Source: an uncultured delta proteobacterium
Lineage (GTDB): Bacteria > Desulfobacterota > Desulfomonilia > UBA1062
Reading direction: 5' to 3'
NCBI GenBank assembly: GCA_963752595.1
Contig: CAVVYZ010000002.1
Location: forward strand, 96,001-160,000
DNA length: 64,000 nt
Below the pieces are notes generated by a model. The model did not search any database. It was not told where the DNA came from and saw only the letters and a list, made by a program, of their open reading frames with translations. The translations under genes and the position numbers were made by a program. Shown in pieces: positions 9,622 through 23,242 of this stretch. Position 1 is the stretch's first letter, and the number at the start of each line of letters is the position of its first letter.

Positions 9622-10374
9622 ATGAGCAATGAAACCAACCCGAGAGATGACGAAACGCTGGATTCCCTGGTCTGCGGGGGCCTTTCTGTCCTGCAGAAGA
9701 AGCAGGGCTACCGGTACTCTCTGGATGCATATCTTTTAGCCGCCTTTGTCGATGAAAAACCGGGGACCCAAGCCCTTGAAATAGGGTCGGGTTCCGGTGT
9801 GGTGTCGTTGCTTCTTGCTGACGTGAAAGGGCTCGTCATGACAGGGGTGGAAATACAGGATGCCATGGCAGAGATGTCGAGGAGGTCGGTTGAGATTGCC
9901 GGGCTTAAGGACAGAGTGAAGATTGTATGTGCAGATATCAGAGAATACGGCGTGCCGGGAAAGGTGGATGTTGTCGTAACGAACCCACCTTACCGCCCTG
10001 CGCGGGCAGGGAGGATCAATGCTGATCAAAGCAAGGCCCTGGCGCGCCATGAGATATCGCTCGATCTGGAGGCATTGCTGGAGCGTTCGTATGCACTGCT
10101 CAAGCCCGGAGGAAGGTTCTACCTCGTTTATCCGGCATGGCGGATGCCCGATCTCATAAGCGTCATGCGGAATAACAGGATAGAGCCGAAGAGGATCATG
10201 CTTGTTCATTCAACATTGCAGTCATCTGCGGAAATATGCCTTGTATGCGGGATCAAGGATGGGGGAAAGGAGCTTGGTGTTCACAGTCCTTTTATAGTGT
10301 TTGCACAGGAAGGTATGTATACGCCGGAAATGGAGGGTGTTTTCAGAAACCTAAGCCTTCCAAAAAGCCATTGA
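9622..10374 (+). CDS. tRNA1(Val) A37 N6-methyltransferase (YfiC/TrmN6 family)
   Basis: Q...GYRYSLDA.LLA, LEIGSGSG, NPPY and ARHE. Confidence 0.85.
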   Translation: MSNETNPRDDETLDSLVCGGLSVLQKKQGYRYSLDAYLLAAFVDEKPGTQALEIGSGSGVVSLLLADVKGLVMTGVEIQDAMAEMSRRSVEIAGLKDRVKIVCADIREYGVPGKVDVVVTNPPYRPARAGRINADQSKALARHEISLDLEALLERSYALLKPGGRFYLVYPAWRMPDLISVMRNNRIEPKRIMLVHSTLQSSAEICLVCGIKDGGKELGVHSPFIVFAQEGMYTPEMEGVFRNLSLPKSH

Positions 10375-10435
10375 CCTATAACCCATTTACATGTTGAAAT
10401 GAATAAGATCTATGTCAAGTGAGAAAGGATGAGGA

Positions 10436-11740
10436 ATGAAGGTTGAGATATCAGATGTGGGCAGCACACAGTAAAGAGATGACGGTGGTCGTTCCCAAGC
10501 AAGAGGTGAACGATGTAACAAATGAGGTTTACAAGGACATTTCCCAGAAAGTGATCATCCGGGGCTTCCGGAAAGGCAAGGCTCCGAGAAATATCGTCAA
10601 GATGTACTATGAAGACTACATCAAGACCGAGCTTTCCAAGAAGCTTGTCCAGGAGAAATTCGAGCAGGCGGCAAAAGAAAAAGAGCTCTTTATCGTTTCC
10701 ATGCCGGAGATCACGAACGAACCGCCTCAGGAAAACCAGGATTTTACCTTCACTGCCCGGTTCGATGTGAAGCCTGCCATCACCCCGCAGAAATATACCG
10801 GTCTTTCATTGAAGAAGCCCAAGATCGACGTGGGTGATCAGAATATTCAGGATGTTCTGACCAGGCTCCAGGAAACCTATGCATCCATCCAGGATATTGA
10901 AGATAAAGAGTATCAGGCAGGCAAGGGGGATTATGCCATCGTGGACGTAGTGAGTGAAGAGAATCCCAAACTCAATCGCTCCAAGATGACTGTTGAGGCC
11001 GGGGTAAGAAGCGCCATCCCCGGATTGGACAATGCGGCGCTGGGAATGCATCCCGGCGAGGAGAAGGATGTCGAGGTTACCTTCCCCGAAGACCATTTCA
11101 TGGAAGACATGCGGGGAAGAACGCGAAGGTGAAGGTCAAGGTTGAGGCCATCAAGCAAAGGGAGCTCCCCGAACTCGAACGACGAGTTCGCCAAGACGGC
11201 CCGCCAGGACGTCGGAAGCCTCGACGAGCTCAAAGAGACCATCCGCAAGGACCTTGTGGAGCGCCTCGAGGCCGAAGCCGGAGTTCATCTGGAAAAACAG
11301 ATCAGTGAGCAGCTTATGAAAGAGAATCCATTCGATGTGCCCGAATCCATGGTGAAGCTCCAGGCAGCCATGATGATCCAGGGGATGTCCCAGAGACTGT
11401 CTTCTCAGGGATTCAAGATGGAGGACCTGTATCCCGATACCGACAGCCTCCGGGAAGAGACCATGTCTTCTGCGGAAAACCTCGTGAAGACATCGCTTTT
11501 GATCGAGGCCATCGCAAAAGAGCATGGATTCGAAGCGACGTGAAGAGGATGTTGATGAAGAGATACAGAAACTTGCTCGAGCGGTACAATATGACTCCGG
11601 AATTAGTGAAACAGGGAATGGAGGAACGGGGATGCCTCGAAGAAATCAAGTTTGGTATTGTCGAGAAGAAGGTTTATAATTACATTATAGACAATTCCAC
11701 GGTTGAGGAAGTCGAACAGATACAGGAGAAAGAAGAATGA
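10436..11740 (+). CDS. tig: Trigger factor (split by about four frameshifts, probably sequencing indels)
   Basis: Starts MKVEISDV; GFRKGKAP ribosome-binding motif; FKBP-like VTFPEDH; DEFAK; lies upstream of clpP. Confidence 0.9.
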
Positions 11741-12363
11741 CGCTGGTTCCGATCGTAGTTGAGCAGACGAATAGAGGAGAGCGATCGTACGATATTTACT
11801 CCCGTTTGCTCAAGGACAGGATTGTAATGCTGAGCAATGAAGTCCACGATGAAATAGCCAGTCTCCTGGTTGCGCAGTTCCTCTTTCTTGAATCCGAGGA
11901 CCCTGATAAGGATATTTACTTCTACATCAATTCTCCCGGAGGGTCCGTGACTGCAGGCATGGCCGTATATGACACCATGCAGTACATAAGACCGAACGTG
12001 AGCACCATATGCATCGGGCAGGCGGCCTCCATGGCTGCGGTACTCCTCGCCGCCGGTGCCCCCGGTATGCGATATGCGCTTCCCCACTCCAGGATCTGAT
12101 TCACCAGCCGCTTGGCGGGGTTCAGGGTCAGGTAACGGATGTGAGCATTCAGGCCCAGGAGATGCTGCGGCTCAAGGATGAGCTGAACAAGATCTTGTCG
12201 CACCATACCAAGCAGCCGATAGAGAAGATAGTCAAAGGATACGGACAGGGACTTTTTTATGACTGCCCAAGATGCGGTAACATATGGTATAACCGATCAT
12301 GTAATATTCAAGAGACCCTCCAAGGAGACACAAGAGGAGAGCATCGATGCCAAAAATAAATGA
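11737..12363 (+). CDS. clpP: ATP-dependent Clp protease proteolytic subunit (frameshifted)
   Basis: [32 protein letters not shown] and AASM. IHQP and DTDRDFFM appear in shifted frames. Confidence 0.92.
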
Positions 12364-13600
12364 TCATTACCGGCCTGGTTTACGCTGTTCCTTCTGTGGG
12401 AAATCACAGGAAGAGGTGAGGAAGCTCATTGCAGGGCCAGATGTTTATATCTGTGACGAATGCATTGCCTTGTGCAATGAGATTCTTGCCGAAGAGGAAG
12501 GCGAATACAGGCATTTCAGCACGTCTTCGAATATCCCGAAGCCGTCCGAGATAAAGGAGATACTGGACGAATATGTCATCGGGCAGGAATATGCGAAGAG
12601 AATCCTGTCCGTTGCCGTTCATAACCACTATAAAAGGATCGAGTCCAATACAAGCATAAACGGCGTCGAGATCAACAAGAGCAATATCATGCTCATCGGC
12701 CCCACCGGCTCCGGCAAGACATTGCTTGCCCAGACGTTGGCCAAGATCCTCGATGTGCCGTTTACCATTGCCGATGCAACCACATTGACGGAAGCAGGGT
12801 ATGTGGGCGAGGATGTCGAGAATATCATCGTAAACCTTCTGCAGAACGCCGATTATGATGTGGAGAGGACCCAGAAGGGAATCGTCTATATCGACGAGAT
12901 CGACAAGATCGCATCGCGCGGGGACAACCCTTCGATCACTCGGGACGTCTCGGGAGAAGGGGTTCAGCAGGCATTGCTGAAGCTCATCGAGGGGACCATA
13001 GCCTCGATTCCTCCCAAGGGTGGGAGAAAGCATCCCCAGCAGGAGTTCATCCAGATCGATACCACGAATATCCTGTTCATCTGCGGTGGTGCCTTTGTAG
13101 GGCTGGACAAGATCATATCCCAGCGCCTCGACAAGAAGACAATCGGGTTCGTCGCGGAGATCAAGGGAAAGAAGGACCGGGATATCGGCGAGATCCTGAG
13201 AAACGTCCAGCCGGAGGATCTGATCAAGTTCGGTATGATCCCCGAGTTCGTGGGCAGGGTTCCCATTGTATCGACCCTCACTGAGCTCGATGAAAACGCA
13301 CTTATCGCTATTCTCACCGAGCCCAAGAATGCACTCGTGAAACAGTACCAGGCCTTGATGAAGCTTGAAGGTGTGGATCTGAACTTCAGCAAGGATGCCC
13401 TGAAGGCCATTGCCGAAGAGGCGATGAAGCGCAAATCAGGGGCAAGGGGATTGCGTTCCATCATGGAAAACATCATGCTCGACATCATGTACGAGATCCC
13501 TGACATGGAAGGAGTGAAGGAATGTATCATCGGTCAGGATGTCATTCTGAATGGAAAGGCCCCGATGATCGTCTATGAGAGGAAGACTTCTCAAGCTTAA
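12347..13600 (+). CDS. clpX: ClpX ATPase
   Basis: CSFCGK..CDEC zinc finger, [16 protein letters not shown] loop and GARGLR. Confidence 0.97.
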   Translation: MPKINDHYRPGLRCSFCGKSQEEVRKLIAGPDVYICDECIALCNEILAEEEGEYRHFSTSSNIPKPSEIKEILDEYVIGQEYAKRILSVAVHNHYKRIESNTSINGVEINKSNIMLIGPTGSGKTLLAQTLAKILDVPFTIADATTLTEAGYVGEDVENIIVNLLQNADYDVERTQKGIVYIDEIDKIASRGDNPSITRDVSGEGVQQALLKLIEGTIASIPPKGGRKHPQQEFIQIDTTNILFICGGAFVGLDKIISQRLDKKTIGFVAEIKGKKDRDIGEILRNVQPEDLIKFGMIPEFVGRVPIVSTLTELDENALIAILTEPKNALVKQYQALMKLEGVDLNFSKDALKAIAEEAMKRKSGARGLRSIMENIMLDIMYEIPDMEGVKECIIGQDVILNGKAPMIVYERKTSQA

Positions 13601-13611
13601 AAGTTTAAATT

Positions 13612-15927
13612 ATGGGAAGAGCTTTTTCCGGTAGCGTGTACCCTCTGTTGGTACTCAAGGATATCGTTGTCTTTCCGCACACGATTATCCCGCTCCTCAT
13701 TGAAAATGAGAAGACTGCTGTGTGGGTGAGAGCGACCTTCGATGCCAAGGAGGAGATTCTCGTAAGCTGCTTAAAATCCCAAGGGATTAAAGAAGTTGCG
13801 GGTGACGATATCCACCCCGTGGGCGTGAGAGCCCACATCCTCCAGCTCATTCAGCTTCCCGACGGATCGTTAAAGGTCTTCATCGAGGGGAAGTCCCGCC
13901 AACTCATTACCAGGACCTTCCAGCATGAAGGCATGCTCCTGGCAGAATCTGAAGAAATCTCCGACATTATCCATGAAGACCGGAGGACCGAGGCCTTAAA
14001 GCGGCTTCTCGTAGACGTATTTCAGGAGTATTGCGAGTCCTATAATGTCGATATCCACTCGGATATGATCGCGAAGATCAAATTCCAGGAAGACCCTGGG
14101 TTCGTTGCCGACATCATTGTCTCTTATACGGATCTCAAGACCGACAAGAAGCAGGAAATCCTGGAAGAGAGAAACGTGGATGCCCGCCTGAGCAGGATAT
14201 ACGACTATATCCAGGGCGAACTCGAGATCGCGAAAATCCAGCTCCATTTCAAGGAACAGGTAAAACAGCGCAGTGAATCAACTCGCAAGCACATGCAGTA
14301 TGATCAGGCGCAAGCACAGAAAATGGCTATGGAGTCCATGGATGATGAAGTAGCCGTGATCGAGAAGCAGGTCCGTTCCAAAAATATGCCCCAGCATGCG
14401 AGGGACAAGTGCTTAAGTGAGATCAAGCGGCTGCGCATGATGCCGCCCATGAGCGCCGAGGCAACGGTGATCAGAAACTATGTGGACTGGTATCTTGCCC
14501 TGCCGTGGAACGACATTACCGAAGACAAGAAAGATATCGTCCATGCACAGCAGATCCTTGGTGAAGATCATTTCGGGCTGGATAAGGTAAAGGAGCGCAT
14601 TCTCGAATATCTGGCGGTTCAGCAGCTCGTTGGTGCCGTCAAGGGGCCTATCCTCTGCCTGGTGGGTCCGCCCGGTGTTGGGAAGACATCATTGGGCAGA
14701 TCCATTGCCAGGGCTACCGGGAGAAAATTCGTGAGGGTCTCCCTCGGAGGCATCCGGGATGAGGCTGAGATAAAGGGGCACAGGCGAACCTACATCGGCG
14801 CCATGCCGGGAAAGATCATCCAGGGGATCAGGCAGGCAGGGACTTCGAATCCGGTTTTTCTCCTCGATGAAATCGACAAGATGAGTGTGGATTTCAGGGG
14901 AGATCCTTCCGCTGCGTTGCTCGAAGTCCTTGATCCGGAACAGAACAGTACGTTCAGCGACCATTACATGGATATCGAATACGACATATCCAAGGTCATG
15001 TTCATTACCACGGCGAATACCTCCTATTCCATTCCGGCTCCCCTTCTGGACCGCATGGAGGTTATTCGGATCGAGGGATATACCTCCCACGAAAAGCATC
15101 TCATCGCCAGAGACTTCCTTGTCCCCAAGCAGCTCGGTCTCCACGGCCTGGAAGGGAAAGGCATCTCGTTTATGGCAAAGGCGATCGACACGATCATCCA
15201 TGAGTATACCAGGGAAGCAGGCGTGAGAAGTCTGGAAAAGGAGATATCGTCGATCTGCAGGAAGATCGTGAAAGAGATTGTTTCCCGGAAGAGCGCCGGC
15301 AAAGCACGGAACAGGATCACCGTAAGCAGTGTCTATGAGTATCTCGGTATCCCGCGGTACCGGAAACCCGTCCGGGACGGCAACGATTATATAGGGCTCG
15401 TGAACGGCCTTGCCTGGACGGAGGTAGGAGGAACCCTGCTGACCGTTGAGACAACGATAATGCCCGGAAAGGGAAAGCTCATGCTTACCGGCAAGCTCGG
15501 CGAGGTGATGCAGGAATCGGCCCAGGCAGGGATGAGCTATGTCCGGGCCAGGGCGGAAGAATTCGGTCTCGATGCGGATTTTTATGATAAACTCGATATC
15601 CATGTCCACATTCCTGAAGGCGCTGTGCCCAAAGACGGACCGTCTGCCGGCATTACCATGGCGACTTCCATCGTATCTGCCCTTACCAAGCGGCCGGTAA
15701 GAGGAAGGGTTGCCATGACTGGGGAGCTGACTCTGGGCGGCCGGGTACTGCCTGTGGGAGGTCTCAAGGAGAAGCTTCTCGCAGCAAAAGAGGCTGGGAT
15801 GAAGAAGGTTTTGATACCCCTTGAAAATGAAAAGGATCTCAAGGATACGCCGAAAGAAATTTTAAAGGGTTTAGAGGTTCATATGGTCGAGCATATGGAC
15901 GAGATAATCGCATACGCCCTTAATTGA
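13612..15927 (+). CDS. lon: Lon protease
   Basis: [23 protein letters not shown] (catalytic Ser) and GGLKEK. Confidence 0.97.
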   Translation: MGRAFSGSVYPLLVLKDIVVFPHTIIPLLIENEKTAVWVRATFDAKEEILVSCLKSQGIKEVAGDDIHPVGVRAHILQLIQLPDGSLKVFIEGKSRQLITRTFQHEGMLLAESEEISDIIHEDRRTEALKRLLVDVFQEYCESYNVDIHSDMIAKIKFQEDPGFVADIIVSYTDLKTDKKQEILEERNVDARLSRIYDYIQGELEIAKIQLHFKEQVKQRSESTRKHMQYDQAQAQKMAMESMDDEVAVIEKQVRSKNMPQHARDKCLSEIKRLRMMPPMSAEATVIRNYVDWYLALPWNDITEDKKDIVHAQQILGEDHFGLDKVKERILEYLAVQQLVGAVKGPILCLVGPPGVGKTSLGRSIARATGRKFVRVSLGGIRDEAEIKGHRRTYIGAMPGKIIQGIRQAGTSNPVFLLDEIDKMSVDFRGDPSAALLEVLDPEQNSTFSDHYMDIEYDISKVMFITTANTSYSIPAPLLDRMEVIRIEGYTSHEKHLIARDFLVPKQLGLHGLEGKGISFMAKAIDTIIHEYTREAGVRSLEKEISSICRKIVKEIVSRKSAGKARNRITVSSVYEYLGIPRYRKPVRDGNDYIGLVNGLAWTEVGGTLLTVETTIMPGKGKLMLTGKLGEVMQESAQAGMSYVRARAEEFGLDADFYDKLDIHVHIPEGAVPKDGPSAGITMATSIVSALTKRPVRGRVAMTGELTLGGRVLPVGGLKEKLLAAKEAGMKKVLIPLENEKDLKDTPKEILKGLEVHMVEHMDEIIAYALN

Positions 15928-15931
15928 GGTA

Positions 15932-15960
15932 TTGACAGCCCAAATAAATATTGATACTTT
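15932..15960 (+). promoter_or_regulatory. Putative sigma70 promoter for hup and the tRNAs
   Basis: TTGACA-N17-TACTTT immediately after the lon stop. Confidence 0.55.
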
Positions 15961-16010
15961 CAGTTCACGTTTGGGCATGGGAGAAACTAATCATTTATAG
16001 GAGGTATACA

Positions 16011-16292
16011 TTGACCAAGACAGAATTGATATCAGTTGTGGCAAACAAGGCTGGGTTACCAAAGGCTGCAGCGGAAAAGGCAATAAATGCCACCACCGAG
16101 GCAATCCAGGAGGCACTGAAAAAGGGTGATAAGGTCACTCTGGTTGGTTTTGGTACCTTTGACGTTGCCAAAAGGGCCGAGAGGACAGGCGTAAACCCGA
16201 GAACACGTGCAACAATCAAGATAAAGGCTTCCAAGGCTCCCCGTTTCAGGCCCGGCAAAGCCTTTAAAGAAATCGTAAACAAGAGCAAGTAA
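16011..16292 (+). CDS. hup: DNA-binding protein HU
   Basis: TKTELI, GDKVTLVGFGTF, GVNPRT and PRFRPGK. TTG start follows AGGAGG. Confidence 0.93.
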   Translation: MTKTELISVVANKAGLPKAAAEKAINATTEAIQEALKKGDKVTLVGFGTFDVAKRAERTGVNPRTRATIKIKASKAPRFRPGKAFKEIVNKSK

Positions 16293-16306
16293 GTCGAACA
16301 GGATCA

Positions 16307-16382
16307 GGGCGGGTAGCTCAGTTGGGAGAGCATCGGCCTTACAAGCCGAGGGTCACAGGTTCAAGCCCTGTTCCGCCTACCA
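16307..16382 (+). tRNA. tRNA-Val(TAC)
   Basis: Cloverleaf with acceptor GGGCGGG/TCCGCCT, anticodon arm TCGGC-CTTACAA-GCCGA, GGTTCAA and CCA end. Confidence 0.96.
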
Positions 16383-16399
16383 TTCTGCTAAGATACTAA

Positions 16400-16476
16400 G
16401 GGGGCGTAGTTAAGTTGGTTATAACGCCGGCCTGTCACGCCGGAGGTCGCGAGTTCAAGTCTCGTCGCTCCCGCCA
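16400..16476 (+). tRNA. tRNA-Asp(GTC)
   Basis: Acceptor GGGGGCG/CGCTCCC, anticodon arm CCGGC-CTGTCAC-GCCGG, GTTCAA and CCA end. Confidence 0.96.
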
Positions 16477-16482
16477 ATAGAT

Positions 16483-16526
16483 AAGTCTATACCTCATGAA
16501 AATGAGGTGTAGACTTTATTTTTATT
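16483..16526 (+). terminator. Intrinsic terminator after the tRNAs
   Basis: AAGTCTATACCTCAT-GAAA-ATGAGGTGTAGACTT stem followed by a T-rich tract. Confidence 0.8.
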
Positions 16527-16564
16527 CTGGGGCTGCCCGCATATCTCTACGTGTATAAAGCATC

Positions 16565-16577
16565 TAACCAATTGATA
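16565..16577 (-). promoter_or_regulatory. Putative IHF binding site
   Basis: Minus strand TATCAATTGGTTA is an exact match to WATCAANNNNTTR, in an AT-rich intergenic region. Confidence 0.4.
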
Positions 16578-16774
16578 TTATATAATTAATTTAATATATA
16601 CTCTCCGGCTACTCATTGAATACTCCAAGAATATTGCTCGAAATAATCGATAATCCCTGCTAATAGACTGATGCGATATAAAGGATCACATGCCGTCACC
16701 ATTAAAAAATTGATTATATCGCGCGCCGGATTTCCATGAGATAAGGTTCCTTTATTAATGATGGAGTAGTCAAC

Positions 16775-17827
16775 ATGATGAATAATAGATGCATAGCCCT
16801 GTATTCAGGCGGACTTGACAGTATCCTTGCTATAAAGATGCTGCAGGAACAATCCATCGATGTGATCGCTGTCTATTTTTGCACGCCTTTTTTCGGCCTG
16901 CCTGCACTGAACAATCCTGAAGCCTTCCGTGAACTCCAGAAAGAGAAATACGGGATCACCGTTCATCCGACTGATTTCACTAGCGAAATTATCGAGATAG
17001 TGAGCAATCCGAAACACGGGTACGGCAGGCATCTCAATCCCTGTATCGACTGCAAGATAGGTATGCTCAAGAAGGCAAAAACCATGATGGGCTCGCTTGA
17101 CGCTTCTTTTGTGGTAACCGGTGAGGTGCTCGGCCAACGGCCGATGTCCCAGAGGAGGGACGCCATGAATGCCATATTGAAAGAAACCGGCTTGAAAGAT
17201 ATCCTTCTGAGGCCGTTGTGTGCAAGATATATGCAGCCGACTCTTCCCGAGCGTGAAGGCCGGGTTAACCGGGAGCTTCTGGGTGAAATAACGGGAAGGG
17301 GCAGGAAAAACCAGATGGAACTCGCCTTGAAATACGGCATCGGAAAAAGCCAGATTCCATCCCCTGCGGGTGGCTGCTTGTTGACATACGGTCAGATAGC
17401 AAACAAGATTCGCTCGACGTTCAACCGTTTCAAGCCCGGTCTGCCTTCGCCTGCGGATATCATGCTCGACATCGCGGGCAGAAAGTTCATTCTGGATGAT
17501 AAGACGGTTTTCATAGTCTCACGGAGTGAAGAAGAGAACCGGAACTTGTCAACCATGGCGCAGCCGGGCAATGTATTCATGAAGATAGCAGATGTTCCGG
17601 GGCCCTTGTGCATTCAGAGGGGTGATACATCGGAAGAGAATATTAACAGAGCAGCCGGCATCTGCCTGAGATACGGCAAGGCAAGAGGTCTGAGCGGCAA
17701 TGTTGCCGTGTATGGACCTGATCCTTTTTCCATGACCGAAACCGTCAGTGCACCTGTGTTCAGCGATGATTACTGTAAGCTGTTCCAGATTGACTTAATA
17801 TTTAATTTCCGCTATAAGGCCACAACT
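16775..17827 (+). CDS. PP-loop tRNA thiouridylase-like protein (ThiI/MnmA-like, no THUMP domain); runs in frame into DUF2065 in this assembly
   Basis: SGGLDS PP-loop, NPCIDCK, TGEVLGQRPMSQ, LRPL, GRGRK.Q and PAGGCLLT. Confidence 0.8.
17790..17818 (+). promoter_or_regulatory. Putative sigma70 promoter for the DUF2065-queA-tgt-yajC-secDF operon
   Basis: TTGACT-N17-TATAAG in an AT-rich patch just upstream of ATG 17828. Confidence 0.5.
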
Positions 17828-18025
17828 ATGGAATATTTTTTAAGCGTATTAGGTATGGTTTTTATTATCGAAGCGCTTCCTTACATGGCCTTTCCCGGTA
17901 AGGTGAAGGAATTGGCGAAATTCATCGAGAACATCCCTAATAAAACTTTACAAATCATCGGTATCCTCCTTGCATTATCAGGGGTTGCAATCATTTATTT
18001 CGCACGTAAGGTTATCGGGGCATAA
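17828..18025 (+). CDS. DUF2065 (YjeT-like) small membrane protein
   Basis: MEYFLSVLGMVFIIEALPYMAFP..K...LQIIG pattern; usual position upstream of queA in deltaproteobacteria. Confidence 0.75.
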   Translation: MEYFLSVLGMVFIIEALPYMAFPGKVKELAKFIENIPNKTLQIIGILLALSGVAIIYFARKVIGA

Positions 18026-18030
18026 ACACT

Positions 18031-20115
<2,085 letters not shown>

Positions 20116-20126
<11 letters not shown>

Positions 20127-20441
20127 CGTTGCATATGCAGCAGGGAGCCCGCGGTGGAGATACCATGAGCTTTCTGATGAGCCTTGCTCCCGCTGATCCT
20201 CATTTTTATCGTATTCTATTTCCTCCTGATCATGCCTCAGCAGAAGAAGGCAAAACAGCATAAACAGATGCTGGAAAGCATTCAAAAAGGTGATGATGTG
20301 ATCACCAGCGGCGGGATACACGGCAAGGTGGTGGGTATCACGGATCAGGTGCTCACCCTAGATGTGGGTGAAAAGGTGAAGATCAAGGTCTCCAGGGAAT
20401 TCATCGCACTGAAGAAGAGTGGCGAAGAGACACAAAAATAA
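20116..20441 (+). CDS. yajC: Preprotein translocase subunit YajC (frameshifted N-terminus)
   Basis: PLILIFIVFYFLLIMPQQKK, KGDDVITSGGIHG. Confidence 0.9.
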
Positions 20442-20455
20442 GTCCGGGGGTTAGA

Positions 20456-22044
20456 ATGAACAAGTTGAAAATTCAAGGGGGTACTCATCCTGCTGGTGCT
20501 ATGGTGGGATTGATTTATTGCAATTCCCAGCTTCCTGGGAAAAACAGAAATTCCCGAAGGATGGATCGGCCCCAAGTAGCAAGATAAAGCTGGGGCTCGA
20601 TCTGCAGGGAGGCATGCATCTGGTCCTCAAGGTGGATCACGATAAAGGCTGTGGAGAGCAGGATCAACGCATCGCAGCCGACCTCAAGACCCAGATGATC
20701 AATGACCGGATCCACTACAGCAAGGCTGGATCTGTTTCGACCTGATACCATGCAGGTGAGCTTAGGGGCAAGCGATGAATATGACAAGCTCGAACAAGCT
20801 CGTCATCAGATACGTACCCCTATCCTGACAGAGACCAATAAGATACAAGCGCCCGGAAGGCAGCATTGCCGTAACCTACAATGAATCCCAGCAGGAGGCT
20901 GCAGAACATCAGGAAGCAGGCTGTGCACCAGGCTCTGGAGACCATCCGCAACCGGATCGACCAGTACGGGGTGAGCGAGCCTTCCATTATCCCCCAAGGA
21001 AATGACAGGATCGTGCTCCAGCTTCCCGGCATAACCGACCCCGAAAGGGCGAAGAAGATCATCGGCAGGACAGCGCTCCTGGAGTTCAAGCTGGTTGATG
21101 AAGAGCACACCGCTGGAAGTGCATGTCGGGCAACGTCCGCAGGGGAGCTATGTTGCCAACATGAAGGACGGTAATCAGCCGATCCTCCTCAAGCAGCAGA
21201 CCGTCATGACCGGTGCATGCTTCTCGAGATGCCGGGTGAAGATCCAGAGCTACATATAACGAGCCATACGTCGCCATATCATTCAATAAGGAAGGCGCCA
21301 GCATATTCGAGCGGGTAACGAGTGAGAATGTGGGGAAGAGGCTTGCCATCCTCCTGGACGGAAGAGTTACTTCCGCCCCTGTGATAAGGGAAGCCATATC
21401 GGGCGGCAGTGCCATAATAGAAGGACAGTTTCACCATGGAGGAGGCAAGCGACCTGGCGATTATCCTGAGGGCCGGATCGCTGCCCGCGCCGGTGAATAT
21501 CCTTGAAGAGCGGACCGTAGGGCCGTCCCTTGGTCGTGACTCCATCCAAAAAGGGATCATCGCATGTGCCTAATCGGCGGCATTCTCGTAATCATCTTCA
21601 TGGGAGTGTACTACAAGTTTTCCGGCGTGATCGCCAATCTTGCCCTGGTCTTCAATATCATACTTCTTATCGGGATCCTTGCGCATTTTCGTGCGGTTTT
21701 GACGCTGCCCGGTATTGCGGGCATCGTGCTCACCATCGGTATGGCAGTGGACGCGAACGTGCTTGTTTATGAGAGGATAAGGGAGGAGATCAGGCTGGGA
21801 AGGACAGCCGAAGATGGCGATTGAGGCCGGATACAGCAATGCCCTGTCCGCGATAGTCGATTCGAACATAACGACCCTCATAGCAGCGGTCGTCCTGTTC
21901 CAGTTCGGTACAGGACCCATAAGGGGATTTGCAGTCACCCTGTCGGTCGGCATTATCTCCTCTATGTTCACAGCCCTCATTGTTGTCAAGTGGATCCAGG
22001 AGTGGCTGGTAAACTATAAGAAAATCGAACGGATCAGTATTTAG
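20456..22044 (+). CDS. secD: Protein translocase subunit SecD (multiple frameshifts)
   Basis: [59 protein letters not shown] and GFAVTL. Confidence 0.92.
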
Positions 22045-22053
22045 GAGGGTTTC

Positions 22054-22956
22054 ATGGAGTTGATACGACCAGGAATCCACATTGAGTTCATGAAATACAA
22101 CAAGATCACCACCTGTATCTCGGTTGTATTTTTGATAATATGTCTCATCTCAATATTCTTTGTCAGAGGATTGAACTACGGGATAGATTTTTCCGGCGGG
22201 ACAGAGATCCAAGTGGCCTTCAATAAGGCAGTTAAAACAGACGATATCAGGGCGGCATTAAAACCTTTAGGATTTGCAGGAGCAACCATACAAAGTATGG
22301 GCATTTCAAGCGACAATGAGTTCCTCATCCGAACCAGCACCGAAGGTGATGTCGGTTATCAAACTGCCAAGAAGATAGAGGGCGCTCTGAAAAATGCCTT
22401 CGGGGCAAAAGATGTAGATATCAGAGGGACAAATATGGTGGGCTCGGCAGTGAGCGAGGACCTCAAAAAGAAGGGTTTCTTTTCCTTGTTGTACGCAGGG
22501 ATCGGGCTTCTCATCTACATATGGTGGCGCTTTGAGTTTAGCTTTTCCGTCGGGGCAATAGCCGCACTGGTTCATGATGTAATAGTAACGGTCGGCATGT
22601 TTTCTCTTACAGGCAAAGAGATCGACCTTACCGTTATTGCCGCCTTGCTTACTATCGTGGGATTTTCCCTGAATGATACAATAGTAATTTTCGATAGAGT
22701 TCGTGAAAATCTTAAAAAGTTGACCGGATCTGTCGAACTCTCCACAGTGATGGACAGCAGTGTATCGCAGACGCTGAACAGAACGATCCTTACTTCTTTT
22801 ACCGTGTTTGTCACTATCCTGTGTCTCTTCCTGCTCGGCGGAAGCGTTATCCATAATTTCGCCTTTGCAATGATTGTAGGGGTGATATCAGGTGTATACT
22901 CCACCGTGTTCATTGCAAATCCGGTCGTACTTCTCTTTAACCGGATTAAGAAATAA
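22054..22956 (+). CDS. secF: Protein translocase subunit SecF
   Basis: GLNYGIDFSGG, LVHDV, GFSLNDTIVIFDRVRE and RTILTS. Confidence 0.96.
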   Translation: MELIRPGIHIEFMKYNKITTCISVVFLIICLISIFFVRGLNYGIDFSGGTEIQVAFNKAVKTDDIRAALKPLGFAGATIQSMGISSDNEFLIRTSTEGDVGYQTAKKIEGALKNAFGAKDVDIRGTNMVGSAVSEDLKKKGFFSLLYAGIGLLIYIWWRFEFSFSVGAIAALVHDVIVTVGMFSLTGKEIDLTVIAALLTIVGFSLNDTIVIFDRVRENLKKLTGSVELSTVMDSSVSQTLNRTILTSFTVFVTILCLFLLGGSVIHNFAFAMIVGVISGVYSTVFIANPVVLLFNRIKK

Positions 22957-22965
22957 GACCTATTC

Positions 22966-22998
22966 AGGGAGGCAGTTTCTGCCTCCCTTATTCTTCTC
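22966..22998 (+). terminator. Intrinsic terminator after secF
   Basis: AGGGAGGCAG-TTT-CTGCCTCCCT stem followed by TATTCTT. Confidence 0.7.
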
Positions 22999-23136
22999 AT
23001 CCCCTGTAAGTCTGCTCCAAAAACCGCTCATAACAAATCTTCATATCCAGCAGAAAAACCTCCGCATGGCCTTTTAGAGGCGATCGTTAGATCATATTAT
23101 TCTATTATCAGTTTCATATGATTAATATACAGATTC

Positions 23137-23229
23137 GTAACCAGCGTTACCAAATTTATCAGTATATCAATTCATGATCAATGGTAACTATCTGAAATAA
23201 TAAATCAAATATACTGGCATGCATTTTGA
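23137..23229 (+). promoter_or_regulatory. Putative sigma54 promoter with an IHF-like site and a palindromic upstream element
   Basis: TGGCATGCATTTTGA (23215-23229, GG-N10-GA), TAACTATCTGAAA (IHF-like, about 23185-23197) and GTAAC-N4-GTTAC (23137-23150). Confidence 0.5.
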
Positions 23230-23242
23230 GAATAAAGCCGGC

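Noticed and set aside
16307-16774. tRNA pair as an integration site for an island
   Set aside because: There is no integrase and no duplicated tRNA 3' end, and the downstream genes are housekeeping.
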